From Candidatus Bathyarchaeota archaeon (GTDB lineage: Archaea; Thermoproteota; Bathyarchaeia; Bathyarchaeales; Bathycorpusculaceae): a stretch of DNA of 64,000 nucleotides. The notes beneath the pieces were generated by a model. That model did no database searches. It worked only from the letters and a program-made list of their open reading frames with translations, and was not told the origin of the DNA. The stretch's first letter is position 1; each line of letters starts with the position of its first letter. The stretch covers positions 59,304 through 123,303 of the forward strand of contig CAVYRJ010000016.1 of assembly GCA_963770935.1 (NCBI GenBank), given 5' to 3'. This document shows, piece after piece, positions 31,554-43,067 of the stretch. The translations under genes were made by a program, and so were the position numbers.

Positions 31554-32519
31554 TTATTTTGATACCTTTTGCTTAGCGCGTTGGCGGACTAATCCAGCCC
31601 ACCAGAGGTCAACCACGTTGACTAAGTCCCATTTCATCAATCCCTTGCCTTTTCCAAGGAACCATCTTGTTATTTCTCTAAAACAAAGCCATCGTTCGGA
31701 CCATGTCAAAGGTGAGCGTATGACTGATCTATAGAATTCAAAACAGTTTCTCCAGTGAGGCAAAACTACAAGAGCTTTTCTTTTAGCGCCCGTCCACCAA
31801 AGCGTTTCGGTTCGATAGTCATGTATTCTAACAGGTTTGTAATAATGGCTGTCGGTGTAAGCTTCTGCATGATCTCTTCTGTAGAATAAGTATTCAGGAA
31901 TTTCAATTATTCGACCATTAAGACTTACTTCTGCAAGTAGGTTCCAGTCAGATCCTATATAATTTCCAAAGATTGGCGTCTTGCTAAGTAAGTCTTTACG
32001 AAAAACTCCAAAAACTAGCCAAGGGAGACCCTTTTTGTTGAGCATTTCTCGGAAACGTTCATGCGGTTTTTCCGAGTCAATTATATCCCCCAACTTATAA
32101 GCTCCAACTACTTTGCTCTTCTCATCAATAATAGCATCTTTGGAATGGCAAAGGATTATGCCAGGGTCTTTCTCAAGTTCACGGATGCATCTTTCAACAA
32201 ATTCAGGGGCCATTAGATCGTCATGTGCTGCCCATTTGAAATAAACTCCTGTTGATAATTTAAAAACTCGATTCCAGTTCCATGCTCCACCATTATTTTT
32301 TTTACTTCGGTGGTAATGAACACGCGGATCTTTCAAGTATTCCCTACAAATCTCTTCCGTTCTATCCGTTGAGGCATTATCTGATATTATCAACTCGAAA
32401 TCTTGATACGTTTGAGCGAGAATTGATCCAATAGCTTGCCTGACGTAGTTCTGACCATTGTAAACTGGAAGACCTATAGTTAGTTGAGGTTTGTTGTTTA
32501 CCAATCCCATTGTGCCCAT
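31554..32519 (-). CDS. Glycosyltransferase family 2
   Basis: IGLPVYNG, ISDNASTD, YFKWAAHDD. Confidence 0.9.
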   Translation of the reverse strand: MGTMGLVNNKPQLTIGLPVYNGQNYVRQAIGSILAQTYQDFELIISDNASTDRTEEICREYLKDPRVHYHRSKKNNGGAWNWNRVFKLSTGVYFKWAAHDDLMAPEFVERCIRELEKDPGIILCHSKDAIIDEKSKVVGAYKLGDIIDSEKPHERFREMLNKKGLPWLVFGVFRKDLLSKTPIFGNYIGSDWNLLAEVSLNGRIIEIPEYLFYRRDHAEAYTDSHYYKPVRIHDYRTETLWWTGAKRKALVVLPHWRNCFEFYRSVIRSPLTWSERWLCFREITRWFLGKGKGLMKWDLVNVVDLWWAGLVRQRAKQKVSK

Positions 32520-32593
32520 CTACGAAGTGTTTGTGGTTATCGTTGTTAAGCAAAATATTATGAATAGTTAAATAAAAGCTTAAGATAGAAGAA

Positions 32594-33770
32594 TTAAATT
32601 TCGTTGATTGTCTTTATTAATTCTTCTCGTTTTTCTTTAGCCAAAGATAAGGCTTGTTTTCGATTTTGTTGCCCCATTTCAATTATTCTTTCTTTTCCTA
32701 AATTCAAAAATTGTTTTAGTTTGGCCACAAAATCGAAATAATCAACATAGGTATATTCATTTGGAAGTAGATCGCCTCGAGCTCCAAAGTTGTCTGAAAA
32801 AACAACTAAGCCAGCTAATGCGTAGTCATATTTTCTTTGATTAGATCCGCCTGAATGGATACCCAAGTTTATGCCAATCCAAGACTTGCTTATAACTTCC
32901 AAATAATCCTCTCTACTGGGAATGTACTCATAATGCTTGAGAAAAACATTTCTTGTTGGCTGTTGGGGTTTGACTCCGATCATATAAACTTTGATGGGTT
33001 TATCAAGGCAAGCTAATGCTATGAATAATTTTTCGAGAGATCTCTTTGCTTTAGAACCCCAGTGTCCTCGCAAGACTATAGCGATGCTTGGAATTGGATC
33101 TTTGTCGCTTAGTTCAAAATCAATTGGATAAATATTTGGATAAAAGAGCACTTTTTTGCCGCCCAAGTTGATGTATTTAAGTCGATCTCTTTCACTGCAG
33201 GCTATCACCAGATCCGGCAGCGTTATTGAATCCTTTTCTAGCTTATACATTAACTTTGATGCTGCAAAATTGTCTCCGTAGAAATCTGCCGCTATATCTG
33301 AGGAAACATAAATTATACGACCCCGCTTTTTCAATTTTTGTATATCAACAGTGTTTAAGCTGAAAAACTCGTCAACTATGAAAATAATTGGTTTGTCAAT
33401 TCTATTTAGAGATTGTAAAAGCTTCTCTGTTCTAGGCAGATCTTGCAAAATATTGGTACAATGCTTCTGAAAGTGTAGTTATGAATCCTCTGCTTCCTGA
33501 AGCACTTTTCCGCCTCATAATTCGGTTAATTACACTATCATGTAAATCCTTTGGCGATATTAACAATTGAATTAATAAGAAATATCCAAAAATTCCTGAA
33601 ACTGAAGTGGCTAATTCCACCTGATTCTTTTGCCAATTTTCATCAAATTTGTTTTGCTCTCTTCGTAGAACGTAGAACAATTCAAGCGCATGGTTTTGTC
33701 TAAAAAGTTGAACGATGAATTTTCCTTTTAGTGAGAGTGTCGGACCATCTCTAATAACTACGACTATCAT
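32594..33770 (-). CDS. Divergent GT-B-fold glycosyltransferase-like protein; frameshift near 33435
   Basis: Two overlapping ORFs (112 aa and 284 aa); IACSERDR, YPN, GGSNQRKYDYALAGLVV resemble a GT4-type C-terminal domain. Confidence 0.6.
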
Positions 33771-33985
33771 AGGGGTAACCTATTTTGAACTTATTTTGTA
33801 TATTAACTCTCAATAGCTTCAAATGCGTTATGATACATTCTTGGCAATTATTATTTATCTATGTGGATTTTTTCGATTAATTATATCTGTTTAGAGCAAA
33901 CCAATTTTTTATTCGATAATCTTTTCTTTAATATTTTGAATTGCCAAGAAATACCTTCTGATTATCATCGATTGTTCATTTGCTT

Positions 33986-35101
33986 TTAGAAATGTGAATT
34001 AAAGAGTTTAGTAAATTTCTGTGCGAAATTTTCCTCGCTGAATTGATCTGCAGCCATAGAGATGCTTCTAGCGTTGCTTGGGGACCACTCAGTAATTGCT
34101 TGTTCCACCTTCTTTGCAGCTTCTTCTATGTTACTGTATCGATGATTTTGTGAAACAAATTCCATTGGCCCCCCAGAATTGTGCACAACTGGAATACACC
34201 CAGAAGACATAGCCTCAACTATAGAGATACCAAAATGCTCATTTATTGTTGTGTGGAGATAAACTTTGGTGTTTAGCAATAGATTTCTTAGTTGTTCTCG
34301 CTTAACGTTTGTATGTATCTTTACTCTATCAGATAGTTTTAGGTCTTTTATCTGTCTGATAAGAGAGATTAGCGTTGCTTCGGAATCTAATAGGCCTACA
34401 ATGTTGAAGGATATTTCTTTGTTTGTTAATTTGGCTATTTGAGGTATTATTTTCAGATTCTTGGCAACGGCTATGCGTGAGACAGTTGTTACAGTGTTAT
34501 TTCTTCCTTTATTAAAATCGTCTTGGTTGTGATTTAGGATTTCGCTAGAGACAGAAGGGTAAAGCACGTAGGAATATAGCCCTGTTTCAGTCTTTATTGC
34601 TTTAGCCGTAAAATTGCTGTTTGCGAGTACAAGCTTATCGGAGTTTCTCCGAAGTTTTAGAAGGCTTTGATAAGGAAGGAAATAAGTCTTGTTTCTCCAC
34701 GAAGGCGCACCAATTTCTATTCTTCTTAGCAAGGGGTGATGAATATAAGCAATGTTAGTTGCAGGAAGTATAGCATTTGAGAACGTATCAATTAGAATGT
34801 CACATTTTGATTTCAGAACTATCATTCTAATTGCATCAGTATATATATTCTTAAGATCTGTCGATGAGAAGAATCTTAAGGGAAAAATAATCTGTTGATC
34901 TACGGATACTTTTCTGTTGAAAACACTTTGAAACCTGCTTTGATTCAAGGGATTATCGGTTAGGACAACTACTTGATGACCATTTTCTTTTAGAACATTT
35001 ATTATGTTAACTGCTACCCATTCTGCTCCTCCACACCAATTTATATTAGGAGAGAACACCCCTACAATCAAAAATCCATTCGCCTCGACTTGTTTACTCA
35101 A
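33986..35101 (-). CDS. Glycosyltransferase family 4, ALG11-like
   Basis: GGAEWV, YIHHP, ANSNFT, LHTTINEHFGISIVEAMSSG.IPVVHNSGGP. Confidence 0.85.
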   Translation of the reverse strand: MSKQVEANGFLIVGVFSPNINWCGGAEWVAVNIINVLKENGHQVVVLTDNPLNQSRFQSVFNRKVSVDQQIIFPLRFFSSTDLKNIYTDAIRMIVLKSKCDILIDTFSNAILPATNIAYIHHPLLRRIEIGAPSWRNKTYFLPYQSLLKLRRNSDKLVLANSNFTAKAIKTETGLYSYVLYPSVSSEILNHNQDDFNKGRNNTVTTVSRIAVAKNLKIIPQIAKLTNKEISFNIVGLLDSEATLISLIRQIKDLKLSDRVKIHTNVKREQLRNLLLNTKVYLHTTINEHFGISIVEAMSSGCIPVVHNSGGPMEFVSQNHRYSNIEEAAKKVEQAITEWSPSNARSISMAADQFSEENFAQKFTKLFNSHF

Positions 35102-35130
35102 TCGCTGATTTTTTTAGCTTCTTTTTTCAT

Positions 35131-37353
35131 TCAAGTTATCGAGCTTTGTGGGCTTCGATATTTTATTTCGCTTGCCCCATTTGAATATATTTTATTGATA
35201 AACGTACCTGTAGAGTCTAAAATTGGAAGTTCATTGTAAGTGTAGGTAATATTTCTTCTAGTGTCCCATTGGATGGTATGGTAGATGACATTAAATTGTC
35301 TTAGATAAATGTATGAGGTATTTGCGACTTTTGGAATTACATAAGATATCAAACCATCACCACGAATAATGCCTGTAGTGTTGGAAAGCAAGAATATCAA
35401 GCTCGGGTCTATGCGGCTATAACTAGCCAGAACGTGCGATAAGGATACTGTATCAGCATAGGTTGCCATATTGCGGATATCACCATGATTAGAGAGCCAT
35501 TGTGCGGAAAAAACATCAGATTCATGAAGTAGCCATGTAGAATTCTGCATTTTGTAGTAACTTAAAGAAAAAGAGGATGGAGCAGGATCATTGGATACTT
35601 CATAAATAACTCCTGTTTGAAATAGGAAAAAGGCCACCAATATTATCAGAGTTAAAACTAATGAAATAACCTCCGTCAGTTTTTCACCTTTAAGATCTAT
35701 AGGCTTCTTTGTTTTTACTTTGGCTAAAATAGATTTAAAGAGAGCTTCAGCGCCTATTGCAAAAAGAGGTGACAAAAACAGCAATAATGTTTGATATAGT
35801 CTTCCCAATTCAAGAAAACCGGCAAACGAAGGTACAACAACAGCTGCAAATAGGAGAATAATATTAAGAGTTATTAATAATCGATATTCGGGATTGAGTT
35901 CCCTCTTTCGCCATTTTAGTATCAGAGCTATAAAACCTATCAAAATTAGAAGGATAGTAATATCGTAAAGAATCGTGCCAACGTAATGAAGCAGACTAGG
36001 TCGTGCGGTTATGCCCAACGCGGTTTGAATGTCTTCACCTCTCGATGAGGACGAAAAGAACTCTGTCACAAAGTTGTCGACTGTTGTTCTAACGACGCCT
36101 GCAAATTTATCGAAAGGACCTGTTGAAACTACATAAATGTACCAGAAAAATACAAGACAAGAGGTAAAGACGACGAATGATGCTTTTATTCTTTTAGTTA
36201 TTCTCTTAAAGAAAAGCTGTCCGCCAAACCATGTAAAGAAAACAAATAAAATGAAAATAAAATCTAATGAATAATGTGAGACAATTAGCCCAAAGAGGGC
36301 TAAAACCAGAATCATCCAGCTGGTTTTATGGCTTTCCGCACCTTTAGCAAGCAGTTCTAAAAATAGTATAACAAAAAATAATTCGCCAATCATTTGTTTG
36401 GCATTTGTTAGCAAACCAACAAAGAAGACATAGTTTGCTGTGAAAAATATTACTGAGATAAAAGCAACCTTTTCACTCCATTGCCGTCTATATAATTCGT
36501 ATAATCCCATAGGCACTAAAGAGAAAATTACGGGGAATAGAAGTTTAAAAACCAAGCTTGGTTCGATATTCAATACGTTTGAAATTATGGTTGGAAGAAT
36601 CGTAATGCTAAGCATAGAAATGTCTGACGACTGTTGTACAGTAGAATAATTCTGTGGATTCCAAAATAGTGCATTTTTTGTTCCCAGAAATGTTCTAAAT
36701 TCGCCGTGAATGTCGTCACCGTACATGTAGTTTGACATTAGAGCAGAACTTAACAAGAGTGCTAACACTATCGAAAAAAGAATCAGGGGATAGTAAGATG
36801 ATAACTTGGACCTGAGAGCACTAGCTACAAAAACGAAGACTATTAGTGCTAATACGAGAATTGAAAAGAGGTTGCTTTGAAAATAAGAGACAGCTAGCAC
36901 ACCAATTACGCTTAAAATCGGAAGCAGGAAAAAAGGTAGATATCGCCTGGGGGTTCCCCAACTTTTGGGGTCTAAGCTTTTGTATTGTTTGTTGGTAAAG
37001 TAACTTGTGACACATAAGCAGGCAACAATTATGTTGATAAAAATAGCAACAGGTTCGGTTGCCAAAGGAGAGGCAAGGACGTTTAATGTTCCAAGCTCAT
37101 TCAATACAAACCCTATGAGCATTAGAAAGCTAAGACTCAATCCTACGGACAAAACGATAGTTTCAGTTAGATGAGGTCTTTCAACTCTAAAAACTCTGAG
37201 AAGAAGAAAACCAGGTATAAATGCAAGAAAAATAAAACCTAATACTTGCCTAACAAATGGAACATCAAAAATTGTCGAAATACCCACTATACCTTGAAAT
37301 GCAAGTATGTATAGCGATAATTTCGATGAATTAGTACTGGAACTCATATACAT
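35131..37353 (-). CDS. Multi-pass membrane protein, DUF2206-like (possible GT-C or polymerase)
   Basis: Many TMs; PGFLLLR, SVGLS, GDDIHGE, MLSITILP, SHYS, R.Y and D...A.WL motifs. Confidence 0.75.
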   Translation of the reverse strand: MYMSSSTNSSKLSLYILAFQGIVGISTIFDVPFVRQVLGFIFLAFIPGFLLLRVFRVERPHLTETIVLSVGLSLSFLMLIGFVLNELGTLNVLASPLATEPVAIFINIIVACLCVTSYFTNKQYKSLDPKSWGTPRRYLPFFLLPILSVIGVLAVSYFQSNLFSILVLALIVFVFVASALRSKLSSYYPLILFSIVLALLLSSALMSNYMYGDDIHGEFRTFLGTKNALFWNPQNYSTVQQSSDISMLSITILPTIISNVLNIEPSLVFKLLFPVIFSLVPMGLYELYRRQWSEKVAFISVIFFTANYVFFVGLLTNAKQMIGELFFVILFLELLAKGAESHKTSWMILVLALFGLIVSHYSLDFIFILFVFFTWFGGQLFFKRITKRIKASFVVFTSCLVFFWYIYVVSTGPFDKFAGVVRTTVDNFVTEFFSSSSRGEDIQTALGITARPSLLHYVGTILYDITILLILIGFIALILKWRKRELNPEYRLLITLNIILLFAAVVVPSFAGFLELGRLYQTLLLFLSPLFAIGAEALFKSILAKVKTKKPIDLKGEKLTEVISLVLTLIILVAFFLFQTGVIYEVSNDPAPSSFSLSYYKMQNSTWLLHESDVFSAQWLSNHGDIRNMATYADTVSLSHVLASYSRIDPSLIFLLSNTTGIIRGDGLISYVIPKVANTSYIYLRQFNVIYHTIQWDTRRNITYTYNELPILDSTGTFINKIYSNGASEIKYRSPQSSIT

Positions 37354-37583
37354 CTACTTTCTGCTAAATATATTGTATGTCTTTAGTTGTTTTAAGTTGT
37401 GTTTTATTGTGAAACATGTGTGTGCAGGGTTTCTTGGAGGAATATGCAGTGTTTTTTCTACGTTTAGAGGCTTTCTAGGGCGGTTCCCATTTAGAAGATG
37501 CAACCGACCTTTGGGGTGTTTTATCAAAAACCCTTGGAAAATGCTTCTTTTTTAAAAACCAGCTTAAATCAAAAACAAACAAG

Positions 37584-37640
37584 AGAAGATGCTGCTGCTA
37601 CTGCAACTTTTATTATAGCGCCAGTTGCATCAATCAACAC
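37584..37640 (+). repeat. Bipartite hairpin repeat, copy A (copy B at 61011-61068 on the opposite strand)
   Basis: AGAAGATGCTGCTG-N24-CAGTTGCATCAATCAACAC; both arms are identical to copy B. Confidence 0.75.
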
Positions 37641-37849
37641 CTGCAAAACTAACCTTCAACAATAGAAAGGTCAGATATCAGCCAAAGCCGACACCGCGAA
37701 AAACGCCACACCAACCTTAATATAACCAAGTCAAAAAAACCAAGCAAAATAACGTGCAGACAGTTATCTAAACAAGGTTTTCAGAAGCTTTCTTGGTAAT
37801 TTAACTTACGCGATATTTTCAAGAGTAATGAAGTTACTTTAATGAATAG

Positions 37850-38746
37850 CTATTTGTGCCCATATAGGTCAAAGTGGCTATTAACAAAACCTATGTTCCA
37901 TGCAACCTTTTTTACAAAATAAAAAATGGGTAGAAAAAGTGCTATTTTCTTTCTTGTTGTTTTGTAAGCAGGAGAAAAAGCTAAAATACCCTCAACAAAT
38001 CCAGCTATCGGAGTGCTTTTGTATACCATATCCCTCAGTTCAATGTGTTTATGGATTGTAAAATGAGCTCCGTAGCCATACCAAAAGTTTTTTTTCCAAA
38101 CTTGTCTAAATTTTGTATTATAATCAATTAAAAAACCGGTTTTAGTAATAAATATTTTCCACCCAGCCTTCAAAATTCGATAGGCGATGTCTGTATCTTC
38201 ACCTGCACCCCGAATATCTTTTTGAAAGCCTCCAACCTGCTGTACCGCCTTTATTCGGTAAACAGAGCCGCTTGCACCCGGTAGCTTGGTTGTTGCAGTT
38301 CCAGCATATTTGTTACTAAAAGCTAAATGGATCATGTTTTCAAGTATAGAAATACGATTTTGCCCTTTATATGCGCCAATGTACCCCCTAACAATTCCGA
38401 CATTTGGATTCCTTTTCAAGAATTCAACATGTTTTTTGACATAGTCTTTGGGGATTATTGTGCCATCGTCAACCCACACGATATAATCACCGGAGGCGTT
38501 GTCAATGACTACATTCCTTGAATAGCCTAGCCCTTTCCAACTATGATGAAACACCTTGTAGTTCATATTCAACCCTGGAGCAACCTGCGAAATTTCGGAC
38601 AAAGTGTTATCATCGCTACCATCATCAACAAAAAGTAATTCCATTTTTCCATGGGGAAAATCTTGGGCTTTGATACGATCAGCGATTTGAGCAATTGCTT
38701 TACCGCCGTTTTTGATACAAACCCCGATAGTGACCTCAACAGTCAT
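37850..38746 (-). CDS. Glycosyltransferase family 2
   Basis: VDDGSDDNT, GLGYSRN, WVDDG, VGGF, GEDTD, WYGYG. Confidence 0.9.
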   Translation of the reverse strand: MTVEVTIGVCIKNGGKAIAQIADRIKAQDFPHGKMELLFVDDGSDDNTLSEISQVAPGLNMNYKVFHHSWKGLGYSRNVVIDNASGDYIVWVDDGTIIPKDYVKKHVEFLKRNPNVGIVRGYIGAYKGQNRISILENMIHLAFSNKYAGTATTKLPGASGSVYRIKAVQQVGGFQKDIRGAGEDTDIAYRILKAGWKIFITKTGFLIDYNTKFRQVWKKNFWYGYGAHFTIHKHIELRDMVYKSTPIAGFVEGILAFSPAYKTTRKKIALFLPIFYFVKKVAWNIGFVNSHFDLYGHK

Positions 38747-38780
38747 TCAAGTTATCCCCTCCTCTGAAAGATTGATAAAT

Positions 38781-39928
38781 TTAGGATAGAGCACCCACGT
38801 ATAAGTGCTCGATTTTATCCATTACAGCAAAACTACTGAACTCGTTTAGAGCTTTTTGGCGTGCATTTTGCCCAAGCTTTATCTTGAACTTCTCATTTTT
38901 CAATATTCTTATCAGAGCATCAGCTATCTGCTGACTATTTCTTGGTTGCACTTGTAAACCTGTCTCTTCATGGACAATAGTGTCTAACATTCCGCCGATA
39001 CAAGAACCCACTACTGGTTTGCCACAAGCCATAGCTTCAAGAGTTACATTTCCAAACCGTTCTTCTAATGAAGGCAAAACAACAACATCGCATCCTGGGT
39101 AAACGTTTGGCATTACTTCATTTGGGACAAACGGCAAGGAAATAATACTACTTGGAAATCGTTTTTGTAGATCTCAACCTCTGTTTGCAGTGGACCTCCC
39201 CCGAGTAGCACTAATTTTGCGTCTGGTATAGCCTTAAGCACTATTGGAAACGCGTTTAGAAGATATTTTATTCCCTTTACTTCCGAAAATCTACCAACGT
39301 AAAGTATAACAGGCGATGAGATGTTCAACCGGTCTTTTAACAGGTTTTTATTATTTGGTGCAAACTTGTTAGTGTCTATAGCGTTTGGTATTACTTGTAT
39401 TTTGTTGCTTGATACACCAAAAAGGGATAGATGCCCTTGAATTGCTCTAGTGAGTGCGATTATTTTTTTTGCTTGTCGTAGCGTAAAACGGCCAACTGTG
39501 CATGCGTCAGCGTAATAAAGACTTCTATTAATGAATGAGCGTGGAAATTGGTCATTATGCTGTGTTATGACAAACGGGGTATGTCTCATTACTTTAACTA
39601 TGCTGCCGTAAAGGGCAGATGGAGAAAAAAACTCATGAGCATGTATAATATCAAAATTTTCAGCAATTAAGGACTCAAAAAGTTCGGGCATTATTTGAAT
39701 ATCTCTTATTCTGAGTCTTGAAGGAAATCGTTTGATAGTGAATTCTTCATAATGTTCAATACTTTTTTCTATCGAGTTTTCTTTAAGCATCGCATATTCT
39801 TGTCGAGGTTGTGCAGTAGTGAAGACTGTTACGTCATGGCCTCTTTTGGATAGTTCTCGGCATAGAAATAACTCATTAGAGCCATAGTTTTTAGGCATGA
39901 AGAAACCGGTGACTTGAGCTATCTTCAT
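38781..39928 (-). CDS. Glycosyltransferase family 4; frameshift near 39140
   Basis: N-terminal ORF has RGHDVTV, IPNAID, YVGRF...KG; C-terminal ORF has LPSLEERFGNVTLEAMACGKPVV. Confidence 0.85.
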
Positions 39929-40229
39929 TGGTTAGAACTCCAAAATTTACTTTGAAAACATGTTTAGATTGTACAAATCATTACTAAGTGAAACCCTTGG
40001 GCGAATTGCATCTAACTGCCTTTTTGTACTTTAAAAAGCTCATGCATCCCATTGAATTTGTGTCATTCAGTGCACCCAGAAAAGTATTTAGGCGTGCAAT
40101 TTTGCTGGCTCGTGTTCCAGTAGCTAACTGCTGTTCTATACAAATCATGACATTTGCCAAGCATCATAAGTTGAATAATCAGAATTGCAGCAAATTAAAA
40201 ATAAAAAAGAGGAAAAAATAGTTTGAAGC

Positions 40230-42300
40230 TTAAGGCTTAATAGACTTCCTTTTGCGAATGACTAAGATTACGACAATGGCGGCTATAATAACTATTGCAG
40301 CAGCTAAAGCGTAGAGGATTGTTTCAGTATTTAGTGTTCCGGCAGATGAAGTTGGAGATGGGCTGGCAGTAGTAGTTAGAGTTGGCGAAGGAGACATTGT
40401 TGGAGTAGGTGTGGGAGATGAAGTAGCTGGAGCAGTTGGTGTTACGGTTGGGGTCGCAGTAGGTGATTGAGTCGAGGTTGGAGTAGAGGTTGGTGTTGGG
40501 GTAGGAGATGGAGACGGAGACGGACTTGGAGACGGAGATGGACTTGGAGACGGAGACGGACTTGGAGAGGAGATGGACTTGGAGATGGAGCGGAGATGGA
40601 CTTGGGGTTGGAGTAGGAGCCAAGGGTAGCTTGGTAAGCTGCTATTTCTTTAATGTGGACTGCAGTGTTTGCTGTGTTATGTGTTACGATAATCCTAACA
40701 TACCTAGCCATAACTTGTGCAAAGCTATCAGAAACTGCACTACCGCTAATCTTTGATGGAACAACAGTTGTCCATGTTGAACCATCGGTGGATACAGCAA
40801 TAGAGTAAGTATATGCCCGTGTATCAACATCGTAGAAGTGTGTCGTAACTTGATTAACTGGCACTAAAGTCCATAAATCAAGAGTCAAAGATTGTGGAAA
40901 ACCTTCAGCGCTGGACGTGCCCCAATAGCTTGACAAATCTGAATCGAGTGCTTTTGATGGATTATGGTCCGAATCAAGGTAGTTAGATGCTACAATGCCG
41001 TGTACTGGAATTTTTACCTGAGGAGGTTGAGTAGTGGGTGCAGAAACAGTTGGAATAGGGACCTCTGGAGGAGTCAAAGGCGAAAACACCGAAACACCAG
41101 GATTTCCATACAAATCGTTAGCAGCAACGCCGATCTTGTTAATTGTAGCGGAACTCGGAATATCTACTTTCCAAGTATTGGTTCCAATAAGAGACGCAGC
41201 GGGATGAGAGTATGCCCCGTTATTGTAAAGTACGGCTATGTAAGGATTATTATTCCATAGCGTTTCATTTGAACTGATAATATAAGTGCTGCTGTTGCGT
41301 GATACAGTAAAAGTCGGGGGTGTAACATCATTGTAACCTAAAGCTAACTGCATAGCTTGAGCAGCAGTGACATACTTGAAAGTTACATCAGTGTAGATAT
41401 TAGCTATACTGTTGAGAGTGCTCTGCAGATAATTAATTTCTCCAGTCATATTGTCATAGCTGTGCATGTAGAAAGAATAAATACTACTTCCTTGGTTCCG
41501 AGCTTTGGTGAAAGCACTTTGAATATCAGCGTAATAGGAAAAGTGCGCTGTCTGAACTTGCATAATGGTTCATACCCTGGGTATTCATTTGATGGATACC
41601 AGCCGCTGGCAGTGTGTAATGGAGAGAAGTCGAAAGGAATCCATTGTTCAAGCCAATTAGATAAGGGAGTTGATTGTAAATCCCAGCCGCTTCTGAAAGA
41701 TGAAGGATAAAAGCTGCGGTTTATTATCATTTTGTCTAATGCACTCATTTGATAGCCAGGATAGCTTGCGTCTGGTCCGTGCTCGGCAATTTGCCAAATG
41801 CCATTAGAGTAATATTGGAAGTGATGATGATATTCAATCGAGTCGCCGTATGACTGGATTTGCGTTCCCCAATTTTTTCGCATCAAATCAAGTAATGCTG
41901 TATAACCAGAGAAGCTTGTAAGATGTGTAGCATTGTAAAAAAGACTCTTTGAAGTTAAGTAATCCATTTCAACAAACCATGTTAGTTTAATTCCGTTACT
42001 ATAACTATCGTGAGTGGTTTGGCGAAAACTAGAGTCAAAGACACGGGTTACTGATGAGACAGGATATGTTGAAAAAAGATCTATGTCCATATCTGGCAGT
42101 GCATCAGTACTATTAATGAATTTTCCAGTTGGGCTTTCGGTATCAATACCTGTGACGACGTAAACTGTTTTTTGAATAGGTGCCGCTTGAACTTTAGCAT
42201 ATGTTACTGCACATGATAGAACGATTATTGTGCATAGGAGAGCTGCAAGGAGATATGTTTTATTTATTTTTGGGGGTTTGATTGTCAATTTTTTATTCAC
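40230..42300 (-). CDS. Membrane-anchored protein: CE4/NodB-like deacetylase domain + F5/8 type C domain + P/S/T linker + TM; several frameshifts
   Basis: Three overlapping ORFs: GIDTE, LTWF, EYHHH, FRSGW, FYMHS; discoidin motifs (ALD, STDGSTW, ARYVRI). A manually read tail, ILYALAAAIVIIAAIVVILVIRKRKSIKP*, ends at 40230. Confidence 0.7.
40503..40603. repeat. 6/18-bp low-complexity repeat encoding (PS)n on the minus strand
   Basis: GGAGACGGAGATGGACTT units. Confidence 0.85.
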
Positions 42301-43067
42301 CGATATTTTTTAGAATTAATTAGGGGTTATATGAAAATTAATGTTATAAGGATTTCTACAAAATTATGATATATAACTAATTTAGGAATATGTCAAAATA
42401 CAAAATACATGAACTCTAATCTGATTATTTTTTCGAATAAGCTTGAGCGAACATATTTAGTTACGATTTAAGTCTCTACATGCTGAAAAACATGCAATAA
42501 TACGTCTAAATATAGCATATAATTCTCTCGAAAAAAAGCTATAAAGGTTATCTTGAAGTTTCAGTGTATATGCCTTAAACTTTTTTCCGGTTCAGCTAAA
42601 GCATAGTTCTTTGCACCTAATTTTCTGACGTTTTTATAAATTTTCTTTGTAATTTCAGATCATATGAAGAGTTTCTAAAAGCTTCAGGAGAATTTGGAGT
42701 GCCCCATATTTAGATGTTAATTGAACTTTCATTGTAATAAAATTGCTGGCTGGCACTTCAAATAACAATAATTGACTTCTCACAATGGAACTTCCATACA
42801 CACTCAATCCTTCGGATGAGTGTTAAACAACAAAGAAAGATTCAAAAAAATCTGAAAACAAGAGTTCCAATAAGAACATTATTTGAGTATCTTGAGCTAC
42901 GTGGCTTTTTATGCTAATATTTGCGATAGGCGCAAGTACTCTGCCTGTTATTTCTGCAGCAATTAAAAGTGACTGCGAAGATGACGAGAAACCAGCCTTA
43001 CTGTTGGAGCCGTTGTCGGCGAAGTAGTAGTCGATGATTTTGGAGTAGGTGTTCTACAATTTCAAAA

